DNA of 63,581 bases, the filler included, from Choristocarpus tenellus KU-1152 (lineage: Eukaryota > Protista > Phaeophyceae): assembly GCA_964200185.2 (NCBI GenBank). It is 11 parts of 11 records of this genome, joined end to end, with 100 filler letters (N's around TTAATTAATTAA, not from the genome) between each part and the next. Parts side by side here need not be neighbours in the genome. Positions count along the whole stretch, not along the records: positions 48,050 to 55,052 come from CAXNAD020006885.1; positions 55,153 to 58,855 come from CAXNAD020018419.1; positions 58,956 to 63,581 come from CAXNAD020013739.1; 8 more parts are not named here. One strand, given 5' to 3'. Shown in pieces: positions 49,242 through 63,090 of this stretch (its first letter is position 1; every line of letters begins with the position of its first letter). The notes beneath the pieces were generated by a model. That model had not been told where the DNA came from. It ran no database searches and saw only the letters and a program-made list of their open reading frames with translations. The position numbers were made by a program, and so were the translations under genes.

Positions 49242-50469
49242 TGCCCCTTGGTGAGGGGATGTCCTACCCAGACACCTATGATGGTTGCGTATTGTACTGA
49301 AGAAGGATCACCTTGAAAAACTGTTGATCGTTAAATGATAATAGAAGTCCAAATTGTGATGTTTAGTAAAATTGTGGTATATTTTGAAGCTTTCCATGAT
49401 TTCATTGATGGTATGTTTGAGTTGAGTTTCTATGACCCATCTGTAAAATGTCGGACGGAATAATAATATATACTATTTTTATAAACAACAACAATTTGAT
49501 GTGGTACATATAGACGTAAAGACTCATAACAAGTAATTACGAATAAAAACTAAGATCGAAGTGTTTTAAAAAAAATCAGAATCGGCTCAAAATATGGAAA
49601 AGCTATATTGATTGACCTATCCCTTTCAATAATTCTACAAAAAATGGAATTGTAAACATCAATTTACACTAGTGATACTGTTCTTATCAGGTTTGTTATA
49701 CTGTTCTGTCATATATTTAAACATGTTAACTACTCCACCACTCATATTTCCCAATCGCCCCTGTTTTGTTTTAGGGGGGATTCACTTTAGGGTTAGAGTT
49801 TGGGAGAAAAAAATATTGAAATACCCCTGTAAATTTACACGTCATCAGGACAAGCAATCAACCTCCTCTAACCCTACCTATGTCAATCAATGTGTAGGAA
49901 GGTGAAACCCTTGTTACTTTTAAAACTTTCATCATGTATTTTTCGCTCACTTTTGCTTTGGAACTTCTTAATATACCTTACTATAGTTTTTGATACGGAG
50001 TATAGGTATGCACACTGGAGAATTTATTCGATACACTAATATGCTTACCTTAATTTGTTCTTGTACGTTGGGTTCAACCGTTCCACTCCTCGTGAGTCCA
50101 CCTCCTTTCTTTAATGGAATCTGATGCATACTTCCCTTTGTCCACAATATTCATCGCTATTGTTATGATCACATTGGTGTGAGAGAGATCCCATATCCAT
50201 AATCGAAAATAAGACAACGTAAATGATTGGGAAAGGGAACAAGGATAATTAAAATAATGGAAAGATAGAAAAAGGGATAGAGGAGAAAGGAAAATAAATA
50301 GACTCTTAGGAGAAAAAAATGAAAAGATGGAAGAGAACAAAAGTCGACAGAAAGAAAACAGGATTCAACAGATGGTAAAGGTGTTGGTGTTGGTGGTTTG
50401 GTCGGCCTTTGCTGCCACTTTAGTGCGACATATATTAGCTATCACAGCCTCCTCGGAATGCCATTCGAT

Positions 50470-51350
50470 AATTAACCTCGTTTTGTTATTAGCAACACGC
50501 TCATATCACTCCTGTTGGTTAGTGACTCTTGTGCTTCAACCCCAACTCCAGTCCGAAACTTTTCAATGGTCGTCTTGGATATATATCCACCACCAGTTCT
50601 TCTCTTGTCCACCTTCCTTTTTCCATATTCGCAAAGCTCCTCAGACATCAATATCTTGGGAAGTCGCTCGTGCCCAAGCGTGGAACTAACCCAGCAAATA
50701 GAACCCTTCACTCTTATGCACCGCTGCCTCGATACTCCCATACAAAGTCTTCATAAAAGAGGGTCTTTGTAGGATACATCATGATCGGTGCGCTCCCCTT
50801 TGCGGAAACCAACGCGGCGGAATAGGAATTTACGATGATGGGAAAACCACCTTGATGCAAAGAACGTGGCGATTCGCCTATCTCCTAAAATAATTAACAG
50901 AACTTTACAAGTACTTAGTTTTGAGCATTTTACTCTTACGCTCAAGTGAGACACATGAGGTCCTGTCCAAAGAATTTGGCCCAAAGAATTTGGGTGATTT
51001 TGCGAAAATAACTCCAAGCTTTTCTTAATCCTCCGACTGATCTCAACAGTAATACCGGGATCATCACCAATATTTCCTACCATAAGGTACAAAAACTTAA
51101 CAGTGGTCGGGCAAGGGTCAAGGGCCTTAAACTTCCTGTCTTCTTTGCTCAACGATGGGCACAGATATTGAAGGCAAACAACAATAGGCTTGCAGGTCTG
51201 ATACAATGCCTGAATCTGCACGGTTTCGGCATCCTGATTAGGAGAGCGAAGACACATGGTCTCCGTCTCTTATTCCGATAGAGTCAGACCAAATGATCTG
51301 GTCACCTTCACAGGCACTGTCATAATCCTGGCCAAACCTTCTTGGGTCTT
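50470..51350 (-). mobile_element. RTE-clade LINE 3' remnant
   Basis: GLARIMTV..VTRSFGLTLSE*ETETMCL, KFLYL..NI...ITVEISRRI, HHRKFLFRRVGFRK.ERTDH.VSY, RLPKILM.EEL. Same family as 6118-6545. Confidence 0.8.
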
Positions 51351-51699
51351 GGAGTACATATACTTCTAATTATTATATGTAGTGGTTCCTAATAATATAC
51401 GTGCCACTTCTCCATTATGTCCAGCAGCTCAAACTGCTGGCTTCTTACCACCTGAACCGCTATGCAAAGAGGTAAAGGTATAATATGCATCCTGGAGATC
51501 TTCCAGATCAGTATACATATTCCTTGAGTGCTGTACATGCAAGGGTACAACTGTTAAAACCGCTGACTGCTTTCTTGGTAGTTCAGGATTTACTAGAGAG
51601 TTCTAACAAATTGTAAGTTGCATCGAACTTCGTACTTCCAACATACTATACGTCCCTTGGTAAATGTACTAGAGGGTGGCCTTCTCTCATTGGACACAA

Positions 51700-51875
51700 G
51701 GCTCAAAGTATCTGGGGAGAGGGGGGGGTCTACACCAGAGTGTCCATTCGGGCCCTGACCAGAAGAAGTGCACTTACATTATCCATCCGACGCATGCAAC
51801 CAATCACCCAAAACTTTCAACATGGAAAAATGGGCCCTGAACGGACAGCCGCCATCCCCCCCCAGATACTTTGAG
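51700..51875 (+). mobile_element. MITE-like family A copy
   Basis: GGCTCAAAGTATCTGGGG ... CCCCCAGATACTTTGAG. Confidence 0.85.
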
Positions 51876-52521
51876 TAGTCACAACCCTAAACCAAAATAA
51901 AATATACAGGCACGTTACACATACAGCACAGAATACTCAGCGTGCACCATTAATCACTGAGGGTACGCAATCTACCTTCAGGAAACAAAGAGTTGCCAAA
52001 CAACAGGCTTATCCCTCGAGGGGCACCTGCATGAAATATATCAGCAGATCTGTTACAGGCGAGTAACTCAAGTGTTTTCCCTCGCGAGCGGTAAGCGTGC
52101 GAGGGGAACCCACCAAAAGGGAAGTCCGATTCGCTATAGTTTCGGTGTAAAATCTGTAACTTAGAATAAAGCAAAGATTTTTCAGATGTTACACGGTATC
52201 TGAAAATCCGATAAGAACAAATTCAATGGACAGAGACAGCCCACACGCTTCAGTTCTTGATTTTTGTTTGGCGTACGTTCACTTTGAAAAAGAATTATAC
52301 CTTCAACTGCCAACCTGATACCTATTATCGTCACTCGTCATCAGGGTATCAGTATACCTCAGGCATCCTGTATGTGCATTATTACCATCCATAGGCGTGT
52401 GGACTGGAATTACACGTTCCGTGGAGGTAAGCTATGGAGCGCTTTGTAACAGCAGATCACCTCCCAGGCGGGTAAGCTTCTTGGTCAAAAGTATATAGGT
52501 AGGCCTCTTGGTCAAAAGGTT

Positions 52522-52777
52522 GAGTCAAAGTGTCTTAGAGGGTAGAGTCGCATCCAATTGGAACCAAAATCCAATGTTGCAATTTTGATGTAATTTTGGC
52601 TATCATGATTGTTAGGAAATGTCAATATTCTTGTTCTGGACACACCTTTTCATAACATACACTACCTACTCCAAAATGTTTCGGAGTAGGTAAAATGTCA
52701 CTAAGAACCCATGGGAAGCCAAGCCCCAAATGGAAACGAACAGGGAAAAACTCGTACCCTCTAAGGTACTTTCAGTC
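52522..52777 (-). mobile_element. MITE-like family B copy
   Basis: GAGTCAAAGTGTCTTAGAGGGTAGAG ... TACCCTCTAAGGTACTTTCAGTC, flanked by GTT/GTT. Confidence 0.88.
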
Positions 52778-55037
52778 GTTATTTAAGATTTACTGCTACT
52801 AATACGAGAAGAATTGATTGGCCAATGCGGCACATAAATTCAAACTAGACCAATTGCTTTGTGGCATTCCCTTCCACAACCTTTCTATAGTGTATCCTGC
52901 AAAATACATCCTGTACAGCAAGGGGTGAGTCAGTCGCGAATTGCACTACCACGTTTTCAGCGCATGCAGCAGCATTGCCCAATATGGTGCAAAGCTGGTT
53001 CAGCTCCCCAATACATAGAATTTAGGTTGTACTTGTTTTCTAAGGTTGCCATTCAATCCTCAAAAGGAGTTTAATCCCCCAAGTATCGAACATGTGTGTA
53101 TACTCCATGAAGTATGGATATTAAATTTGTTGTTAACTAACTGGGCACATCTAAGAACGCTTCGATGCTGATGTGTGGACCATGAGTACAGTCTGTTCTC
53201 TCCTTGACGGGGTGTGGGGGCTTGAAAATCTGTCAGACTTGATGATCTCTAGAACGTCAGAACTACGGTCCCTGATGAAGGTCTGAACGATCAATATATC
53301 GTATCATTTTCACTACTGCCTTGAAGGATTTATCATTGAGTCCTAGAAATGTTGATGCTCGATCCTGAGAAATCATTGAGATATTGAACGGCATCGAAAG
53401 CAGTATCAAAGAAGAACCAACACTTAGATGCCAACTCCGTGCCGATAGTAGATATACCAGTTAATATACAAACTCTAGATCGATTTGGTGGGGCACTTTC
53501 ACATTCTTACACAATCGTTAATAGCTCAGTTGCCACATTCTCACTCACAATGCCTTGGAGGAAAATCTTCAAGTAGTTCCCACAATATATGGAAGTAACA
53601 AATGCCAAAATACTGAAAGATGAACACATTTGGGCGGAAGAGATGGGTATACCCCGAGGGTACGTACAGGATCATGAATATGTATCAATTTTCCCCGCTC
53701 TTCCCACCCGCACTTCCCGACTACTCAACCCCCTCCCTCACCTTTCCCCTTCCCTTGTAGTGTATCCTCCTCGCATGAGAGATAGGTAAAGAAGGCACAA
53801 CACTTCAACTATTTAAGCAGTAGATCCTAGAGTACGTGCCCAGGCTTTAACACGATGCGATAGAGAGAGGCTTTATGTGGCAGAGGGTGACTACACTGAA
53901 AGGAATGTATGTTTGACCGTTTCTTGGGTAACTAGGTCGACAAAATCCAGGATATCTCACATTTCCGCCCATTATAAAATAGGAGGTAGATGGGACAGTA
54001 CGAATTAAATATAATTGTGACAATGTAAGGTAGAGTAAAGCAGTACCAATGGTTTCTTGTAAAATTAAGTGCGATTGAACCCTACTTGTTTCGTCGGTGT
54101 GGGCAATGGTAACCTACGTACCCTGAAATGCCAATATCTCCGCCCTATTCACTTCCATTTCTTGCCCACCTCTAGTGAGAATGATACGTTGAAATCGCGC
54201 TTCGCGATTGGGAATCATGTGAAACCCGTAACCTGTCGCAATCTTGAACTGGTTGAGGTTGCGCTTTAAACAAGAGGTTGAAAATAATGTATGTTGATTC
54301 ATATGGAGTACACAGTGTAGAAGCTTAGAGAGCCTCGTGTAGCGAAGAGGTGACCCAATGCACTAAAGCACTGATGAAATCCAATTTGATAAGTCTAGTG
54401 ATGTGCTCTGCGAAGAGGTGTTACTGTTCAGTACAACTCTCGTCAATGCCTTGGTGTAGGAAAGTGATGCATGCTTTGAGTAGAGCTTTGTTACATTGTG
54501 AGAAAAGTTGTGGAAAGTATCAACTTTTAATTCTATCTAGATCTGCATCGATATGCATTTATTGCACATGAGATATCAAAAGGAGTCGACACCTATAAAC
54601 TATCACACACAAGATACCAGGGTTTTCTTTCCTACAACAATAATAAAGTCTAGGGTCAGCACGTATGTGTGTGATATGGATGGTGACGTACTATGGTGGA
54701 TACAGACTACCAATCCATGGACCGAAGGTATCTATGAATGTACAGAATGAAATGGTAAGATGCGCTCATATATGGTGCAGGGCCATGTACAGTGTGTGAA
54801 TACTCCCACCCAAGGTTAAACATTACTGGAGAGGGGATAAACCGTCGCCACAGGGTGACTATACTGAACTGCATCTATTTATATCACAGAGAGAGTAGCA
54901 TATTTTGCAAAATGACATAGGCACAACTGATTTGTTGGAACTTGCAGGGTGATGATCGAAGCAGAGCAACACGCGCGATGATAGCACATGAATTGTGTGG
55001 CAAGTACACACCTACTTTTTTCATCAAAACAAGAAGT

Positions 55038-55052
55038 GGGTCAAAGTATCTG
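55038..55052 (+). mobile_element. MITE-like family A terminus at contig end
   Basis: GGGTCAAAGTATCTG directly before the linker. Confidence 0.6.
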
Positions 55053-55334
55053 NNNNNNNNNNNNNNNNNNNNNNNNNNNNNNNNNNNNNNNNNNNNTTAA
55101 TTAATTAANNNNNNNNNNNNNNNNNNNNNNNNNNNNNNNNNNNNNNNNNNNNGGGGGTCTACCATTGCCAGCATATGTAAGCAGAATATCAATGCACTGC
55201 TCGCACCTCCTTTTTCAAACTTTTCAGATCAACTCAAAAAAGAGCCAGCAGGAACGCTCGAGACAGTCGAACCAAACCAAAACCTCACTCTTAACACTGC
55301 ATGCCCTTCCAAAATGTGCTTGTTGTGCCTTCAC

Positions 55335-56872
55335 CTTAGGGATGAACCGTGTACCCTGCGGAACAACCCCAGCATCTTCTACCACCACCTTGGCCTCCTT
55401 GGGTGTCCCCCTCGCCCACAACGGCCACATGACCTCATCCCCCCCTTTCCCACCTCTATTGACCATGCTATCCCCTTCAGATTCTTCTCTCACACCACCC
55501 TGATCCTGCGGCCTCCCTTGCATCCCCTCTCCCCTACCCCCATGCAAGTCACCTCGCCCCTGCTCGCCTTCTGAGCCCCCCTCGTCCTGCTTTAAATAAC
55601 TTTCTTCTTCTATCTCAGGGGAGCCATTGCCTGGCTCTGGCTTGCCCCCTTGCTGACGGCGCCGCAGGTACCTGTAAGCATTCCAGTGCCACCTTTCCTC
55701 AGAGGGGCGGCTGGGAGGGAATGGCGGGGTTGTTTCCCCCTGTTGCCAATTCCGACCCCAAAAAGTTGAAACGATGAGAACAACAGCCACAGAGCGCTCA
55801 GAAGCAGTGCGAGTGGTTGGCAGTCAGAGAAAGTGGGTTGCATGTGAAAGTTACAACGCGCAAAAGTTTCGCAGGGGGGAGGGGAGATGATAGGGAGGGC
55901 TGGATTGGGTAGACTCTTACAACACACGAGACAAAGTGATGGAAGAAGCGATTGGGCCATCATCTTCACCAGGTTGAACACAATCCGGTAGTTCTTCAGT
56001 GCTTTGTTGCCTCTACTTGCCTCTACTGAAAGAGTTCGAGCTCAACAGCACTCCCAACTCAATAACAGGCGGAAGCACCAAGCATCAAGCACCAAGCACC
56101 AAGGACACCATCCTCTCCCCTCCATCTATCTGTAAGAATCAATTCTGGACAGCCCTTAACCATCGCTCCGCCACCCAGCACCAATCCACTCATGTGCCAA
56201 GAAAAGAATAATCTTGTTCAGAGTTAGGTGTTGAAAAGGGTACAAGACATGGTACGAAACAAAGCGTTTAGGCACTCACCCCAACAGCTTCGCCCCACAC
56301 CACATCTAGCCTACACACGGTGAATTCATCCAGTGACCCCTCACTACTGCTGAGAATTTTGCACTTCAATTCAACAACCAAAAAACCCCCCTCCATTCCA
56401 AAGGGGACAAAAAAAAGAAGTCACGCACCTCCTCTTCACGCTTCGTCCCCTGCACTCCTCTAACCACCTCCTCCCCCTTCCCCTGCCCACGAAATCGACC
56501 ACGTAGCCTAATGCCCCTCAGGTACTTCAACACCCCTCCAGCTGTGCCCTGGAACCTCTTCAGCCTGGTCCCAGGCTCCAATCCCAAGACATTGCCTTTG
56601 CCCTTGCTCTTGTCCAGCCCTAGATCAGTAGAGGGGGTTATTTTATTCGAGTCTCTATTGCCGTCGCCATCAGACGACTCTGGGCTGTTCTTCATGGCTC
56701 TGGAGTAGCTCAGCGAAAAAGAATGACTGGAATTATGACTTGGCCACCGGATCTCGTTGAGAGAGGGAAACTTTGGGGGAGGAATGTATACAGAGTGTAG
56801 AAGATGGGGTGAGGGGNNNNNNNNNNCAAAATCCCACCCTTTCCCCCCCCCCGCCGCTGTTGCGATTTAAAA

Positions 56873-56910
<38 letters not shown>

Positions 56911-58134
56911 CAACATGTGAGTACTGAATTTGAGGGGTTATAATTTAGTTTGAGTTGCAAGTGTAGATGGTATCGCACTTAGGAGGCATGACTCCGGCTT
57001 GTGTGACATTCGCAGTAACAGTAAGGTCCTCAAGATGACATCACAACACCCACAAAAGAGCATCTTCTGCAAAGCCCAACTAAGAGCAATTGTCTCCCTT
57101 ACCAAAGCACAATGGCATTCCAAATTGCAATGAGGACTGAAATACCTGTAGTACAGAAGGAGGTTGACACTCTCTTCAGCAGGAGCACAGTGAGTGGTCA
57201 TTTGCTCAATCACATATGCCACAGGTGTTTATCAACATAAATGTCAATGTAATTTTCGTTTCTTCCCCCTTTCCCTTTGTGTCAAACCCTCCAATGAGAC
57301 AATGGCATGCAGATGATTTTCTGGCACTCACCTTTGGGAGGATGAATGGGATGGCAGTCAGGTTACCCCAGAGCAATGGAAGGGGTTGGAGGGAGTACAC
57401 AACATCTCCGAAGCCTCGTTGAACATGCAGAAATGCCTTTCAGTCATCAGAAGCAGGTTGATGTTTTTGTTTATTGAGGAGGGTGGGGGAGGATATGAAT
57501 GTGACTTGAGATACGATAAGGGTTGGGGAGGGAGGGGGAGGAGAGAGGATGGAACTAGATGGAGGGTGGTGCCTACCCAGTGCGGAGAGAGTACATACAA
57601 GGCCTTGCCTGGATAACAGGAGAAATTCTACACCTCTCCAAAAGATGAACCAATACCCTGAACTACTACTACTACTACTATGACTATATTTTATGGGAAG
57701 CAGCACATAAGGTCCAAATAGCATTACCTTGACCAATGACATCGGAAGATCAAAATTCCTCCATCAGTATGGAGCTCTCCAACCCCTAACAAAAAAAGTA
57801 CCTGATTCTCTTGACATAGCAACCTTCAACTTCACCACTCTGTGAGACCCTTCTACAGCCAGTCCCCCCTCTACTAATGACCACTGTAACAGCTGCTGTC
57901 TGATGTGCTCCAGGGAACATCGTATATGGTACTTACAGCACTCATCACTGACAACCCCTCGCTCAATTCATCCCAGTCTGGAGCATCAGGCAGCCACCAC
58001 TCCTTCACCAGGTCAGTGATGCTTCCATTTATTATGTGGACTTTGGCACTGCCAGCAGCATCTTCCCCGCCAGCATGAGATGCTCTGCTCACAGAAACTT
58101 CTAGACTTTTACCAACAGATGATCCTTCAGAATC
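55335..58134 (-). CDS. Internal exons of a gene of unknown function
   Basis: Candidate exons 58134-57937, 57801-57728, 56708-56429 and 55739-55335 have AG/GT boundaries, open frames and matching phases (0,2,0). No recognised domain. Confidence 0.5.
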
Positions 58135-59949
58135 CTTCAAGTGCAAGCAAGGTGCAAGTGGGTGAGCGTAAGGGTTCACAGTGAGGACCACCATTATTCC
58201 AAGGCTAGGGAGTACAATTCACAACTAATAGTGTACCAAGGGAGTTGCATTCTTGATGCTGTATTTGTGTGCACTTCACATTTCTTTACTGGAGGTCTCT
58301 TGTACCCATAGCATGAAGGGCCTACTACAATGCCCATAATTCACGCTCCCAACTATTATTGTAGTGCTAGGTTGGCTAGGCAATATGCATCGAACAAGGC
58401 CAGTCTCACTTGTTCATCAATACCGAGCGGGTGAAACATCAAGGTCAACGCCTCCATTCAAGGTCAACACGTTTTTGAACAGACCACAGGTCTACACAAC
58501 AAAGAATCGACTGCATCAGTTCACAGCATGGTTCTTCCTGGTGAGAACAAACACGTTCACAATCTATTCATCTACTCCCTCTGTCCCGTAAGTCTGTGCC
58601 GATAAGTTGTCCCTCTTTGAGATGACATTCGATCACAAAGACGAATTTTTGCGGTGGATTCCTTGGAATATTCTACATCAATTAAAAAAAAAAAGTCAGA
58701 GAATTCTGTAAAGAAAAAGAATTCCGTTCTGAAATGGTTCCGAAAGAATGGAACACAGAATGGGGAATACTCGACTCATTTTTCAACGGTCCTGGTGCAG
58801 TGTGGAGCCGCCCACCACTCTCACAAACCCACCGGTACGCACTCAAGCGCATATCNNNNNNNNNNNNNNNNNNNNNNNNNNNNNNNNNNNNNNNNNNNNT
58901 TAATTAATTAANNNNNNNNNNNNNNNNNNNNNNNNNNNNNNNNNNNNNNNNNNNNCGCAATTGTATCTGACCGCGCGTCTTATACATACAGTGTGTGTCG
59001 GAGATCCCAAAAAGGAACCTGTCCCTGACACCTACAAAATTAGCTATCGTGGAACTCCAAACAATTTTTACAAACCGTAACGAAAGAGTTCTTCTATTAT
59101 TACTCCTACGATCCGTTTTCAAGTTTTTGTAGTACACCACTAGAATGCTCCAACCGCGTTTAACTAACTCTGCTACTTCACAGCAGTCGCATATTATATA
59201 AACTGATGTGATGTATTGGAAGCTTTCAGGAGGAGTTAATCCGGATCCTGACTGATTGCAGTCCTGATGAATGCACTATAGCTAGTTCATTGCCGCATTT
59301 TATTGTTTGGCAATGATTGCAACAAACCTTGCCCAGTTCGTCTTGTTCTTGCCACTTGGTTCACCCCAGTCAGATATTTGACGTCTAGTTATGTTTTTTT
59401 GCGCTTGATCCAATACTAACGATGCTTGATCGCCTTTAGTCTCCTCCTTGTCATTGGCAATCCGTTTATCCATCCATTCCTCCCTCTTGTATAAACATCG
59501 ACCACCCCCACCCCAACCTTACTGATGAAGAGGTGTGTATTCATATCCACTTTTTTTCGCCTAAATTGACAGGACAACCCAGCAACAAAAAGAAAGGCAG
59601 TTTGCTTTCATTATAGAGCTCTGTTTGTTGTGCACACGTCTCAAGGATGTTGCATGTATCCCAAGAACAGCAGAAGATTCAATAAGGTGAAATATTTCTT
59701 GTGTTCTGAATTGTAGCGATTGAATCGGTCTGATTCGATTATATTGCAGTTTGAAAAGAAAACGTTAGGACTCGTTATTCGTTTTTTTCTTGTTCACTGG
59801 AATATTTGGAGGAGAGAACGACAAGCACAGGCACACGGAAAACGGCACAAGCCCCATAAACATGCCTAGGACTGCATAATGAGCCATGACGCGCCCAGGT
59901 ACTTGGTGTGGGTGGGTACATACATGAACATGGCATCGGTCCATCTGCA

Positions 59950-60920
59950 GGATATACCCTTCCACGAGTGGAGGATGATGGCAAGGAAAGTGAAGGGTTA
60001 GGTTGATAGACCGAATCTCCTTGAAGCCGCAGACAGTGAATCACCTATGGTTAAGTTGGATCTTTGGTAGAGGAGGAAGGTCTTCATATCACAACCCACA
60101 GCTGCATAGATCTATGTTTGGAGTATGCAGCTGGTATGGTGTTCATCGGGGAAGAAAGGATTTCATATGCTGTATGCCAGTACACAAGGGTGACATTGTC
60201 ATGTTCTGTGCACCGCTTTGGTACAGTGAGTAGTACTGCCCAGTACTCTGAGGGTGAGAAAACGTAACCCAGAGGGTTTAAGTGGAAACAGCAGGTTCTG
60301 ACTACTTATCTGGACCCCACAGCCGAAATCTTTACGGGATTCCAGAGAATGGGCAGGGTGGAAGATAGTTGTGGGCGGATGGAGTTGGAAGTCTAAGGCA
60401 TTGTGGAGGAGGAGCACACAGCTCGAGAGGAAGAGAACAGTCCAGTAATGAAATCAAGCCCACGTTCACGCACTGTCCATCGTGAGCGGGGCAGCCCTCC
60501 CATCAATGACACGAGAGGTTCATAAGAGCTTCCGTTGCAATGTGTGGGGGATGTTGAGCTGCTGCTGGTGGGATACTGGAAATCACACGAGGTCAGGGTG
60601 CACATGGAGGAAGCAACACATGTAGAGATTGATTGGTGCCTTCAAGGTTGCAGGAGGCGGGCTCCCAACAGTTGATGACTATGGACTGCGAATTTTGCAA
60701 CAACCCACTCAAGTGGTGGCAAGAAAGAAGCTCAAACTTTCCGTGCCTGAAAAGACTTCCCACCGCATTTTGGCAATTCCTGCCACACAACAAAAGCAGG
60801 CTAAGAGTACATGTTATGAACAGCTGGGAATATGTTGCAAGAAAAAACGGAGGCTAGACTCTGGATATGTGCAGCTCCATGTCTTCCTTCGCAACACCCA
60901 GGTAAAGGTGGATACATAGG
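59950..60920 (+). mobile_element. hAT transposase C-terminal (dimerisation domain) remnant
   Basis: YLDP near 60305, then NPLKWWQERSSNFPCLKRL/(frameshift)RILAIPATQ...TAG...RRLDSGYVQLHVFL at about 60700-60895. Confidence 0.78.
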
Positions 60921-61499
60921 AGGTTGTCAAGAAAGGCTACAGAAAGGATACACCTGAAGACTGAAGAAGCAGCAACGATGTGTAACTACACACACCTAAT
61001 ACAAAATACATTATTGAAACAAAATGTCTCTCAGACATCACGTTAAAGTGTATGTAGTAGTGGTGAAAAGGAGGAAGGTTACCTCAAGAAAAATTCGGGT
61101 CGGAGGGAACCCTTCACCGTCCGTGGGGAGTCTTTTGCCTCGTCCCGTGTGTTTTGCGCTCGGTTCGATCATAATTGAATACATCCAGAAATTTTGAAGC
61201 CAATTTAACTTACACGTTTAAATTCTTCGATCCACAGTTCTAAAGGTTTCCCACCATTTGGGTGTGTTATTTACATGTGAGGGGGTGGACATACGAATAG
61301 ATGGCACAACATAAGCCTCAATACATGTTAAGTCATATGCACACAAGGAGGAGAGTTCTACTTGAATGTTTTTTGCTGATGTCGTTTGTTGTGGTGGTAC
61401 TGTCGGTTTTTGGGGGTCTTGTGCAAGTTAGGGGCCAGCAGCACAGTTGTAGCATTAATTGTGTGAGTTAGGGTGCCATTTGCCTTATCAGCACTCCTG

Positions 61500-63090
61500 A
61501 ACTCTAATTGGGTCATCATGCTGGCACATCATTGCAAATACCTCCAAGTGGTACAGCTATATCTGTATTGGTGGTGAGCTTAAGCAACACTTATTTCCCT
61601 AGCATATGGGCGGCCAACTCATCAAGGAGGTTCTCTCCTTGCACACCAGAGCGCCCAAGATTTTCGATCACCAAGGTCTTGAGATAAAAGATGCGAGGGT
61701 CAAAAATAATCTTTACCGTGGGTGTGCTTTCGCAGCTCAGCTACAACACCAATGACAACATTACTGGTTGGATGAGTTGACCAGGTGGCAGGCTGCCTGG
61801 ACCTCTGCAAAGGTGACATCCAGAAGAAGACATTCGTCATGAAAGGGGGCTAAGCCAGCGTCCAATAAAGCTAGCTTCGAACACCGCATTCGTGCGGAAA
61901 TTCCTGTCCATCGTGAACAGCTTGGTATCCTCTACTGTGCAAGGGATGATCATTGCGTTGCAGATTTGACCTAACCGTTTCACCATGGGCGTGTGTTGAC
62001 TAACCTGTCCTCCCACCCTAGGGCAGGTTCGAGCACGTCTTGTGACATATTCTGGCCACCAGGCACCGGTTTGAGAAGGCCTCTTCTTTCCCGAGTTGAG
62101 GAGGCAGACATCCTGTTTGTTTCCGTCTCGTTCAAATGTTATGTTGAGGACTATGAACACTTCATCTAGGTTTTTTTATAGCTGTTCGAAAGCAACTATG
62201 GCTATGGTTTCAATTTTCCTCGTGGGTATGGACATATTGTGGAGGAAGCTCTGGGGTAGTTTCCATGAGGTCTAGATGTGGACCGGGTCTGCTGAGGCCC
62301 TTTGACCGTGGTCAGACATCAAAAGCAAAGCAAGGGGCCAAGGGGCTCTCTTCGTTATGCCCCCGTCCTTGAGGTTATGACTTTCATTCCTTCCCCATTG
62401 TAGGAGAAAAGAAGACCATGTGCACCGTTGTATACCTTCGCCACACGCGATATCTGAAATACAGTTAGTAGCGCGTCGATCCATGATCCATCTTCCTCAT
62501 CTTGACGCTCGTGATATGTGACCCAACTTCATGTGGGTAAATACATTTCGAACTTATATTCAAGAGCATAAAAGTCGTTAAGAGCATACCTTCTCGGCCT
62601 TTTGGCTAAGATCATGTGTAGTATCTGTTCTATCTAGTGTGAAAACTAGATGATCTCCAATGGAGATCAAATTTCACACCTGTTTTTGAAATCGCTGGAT
62701 AAAGTGTCGCTTGCGTCGCTCCAGTTGGATTTCCTTGGTATTACACTACAGCCAAGTGAGGTCCGTCCCTTCGGGGACAACAACAATAAACCGCAAACAC
62801 CACCACTCCAGCTCCATCCCAACCACCTCCCTGTCACGTCGTGGGAACTACCTCCTCCTCCCCCCCCAGTGCTAGGAGGCGTGCAAAAACTGACCAGTTA
62901 GCCGTCCGTCCTATCTTTAGAGTGACGTGTTGCTAAGTATTTGGGTCTCTTGTGATTGCCTTTGGGTACACATTCTTCAGGCCCTCTGGAGGGCGATTTG
63001 CGCTTCCTGTGTGGATCAATATTTGCCTCCTGTTCTTTGGGTCTCATTTCAGGCATGGGAAATGGGATCTCAGGCGGAGGATTCAAAAGG
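61500..63090 (-). mobile_element. CRE-like (RLE-type) non-LTR retrotransposon RT remnant
   Basis: Decayed motifs in order: RFIVVVPEGTD (cf. QFGVGVPGGxE), DFKNR (cf. DFxNAFN), FSYNGEGMKVITSRTG..REPLGPLL (cf. GVQQGDPLGPLLF). Confidence 0.6.
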
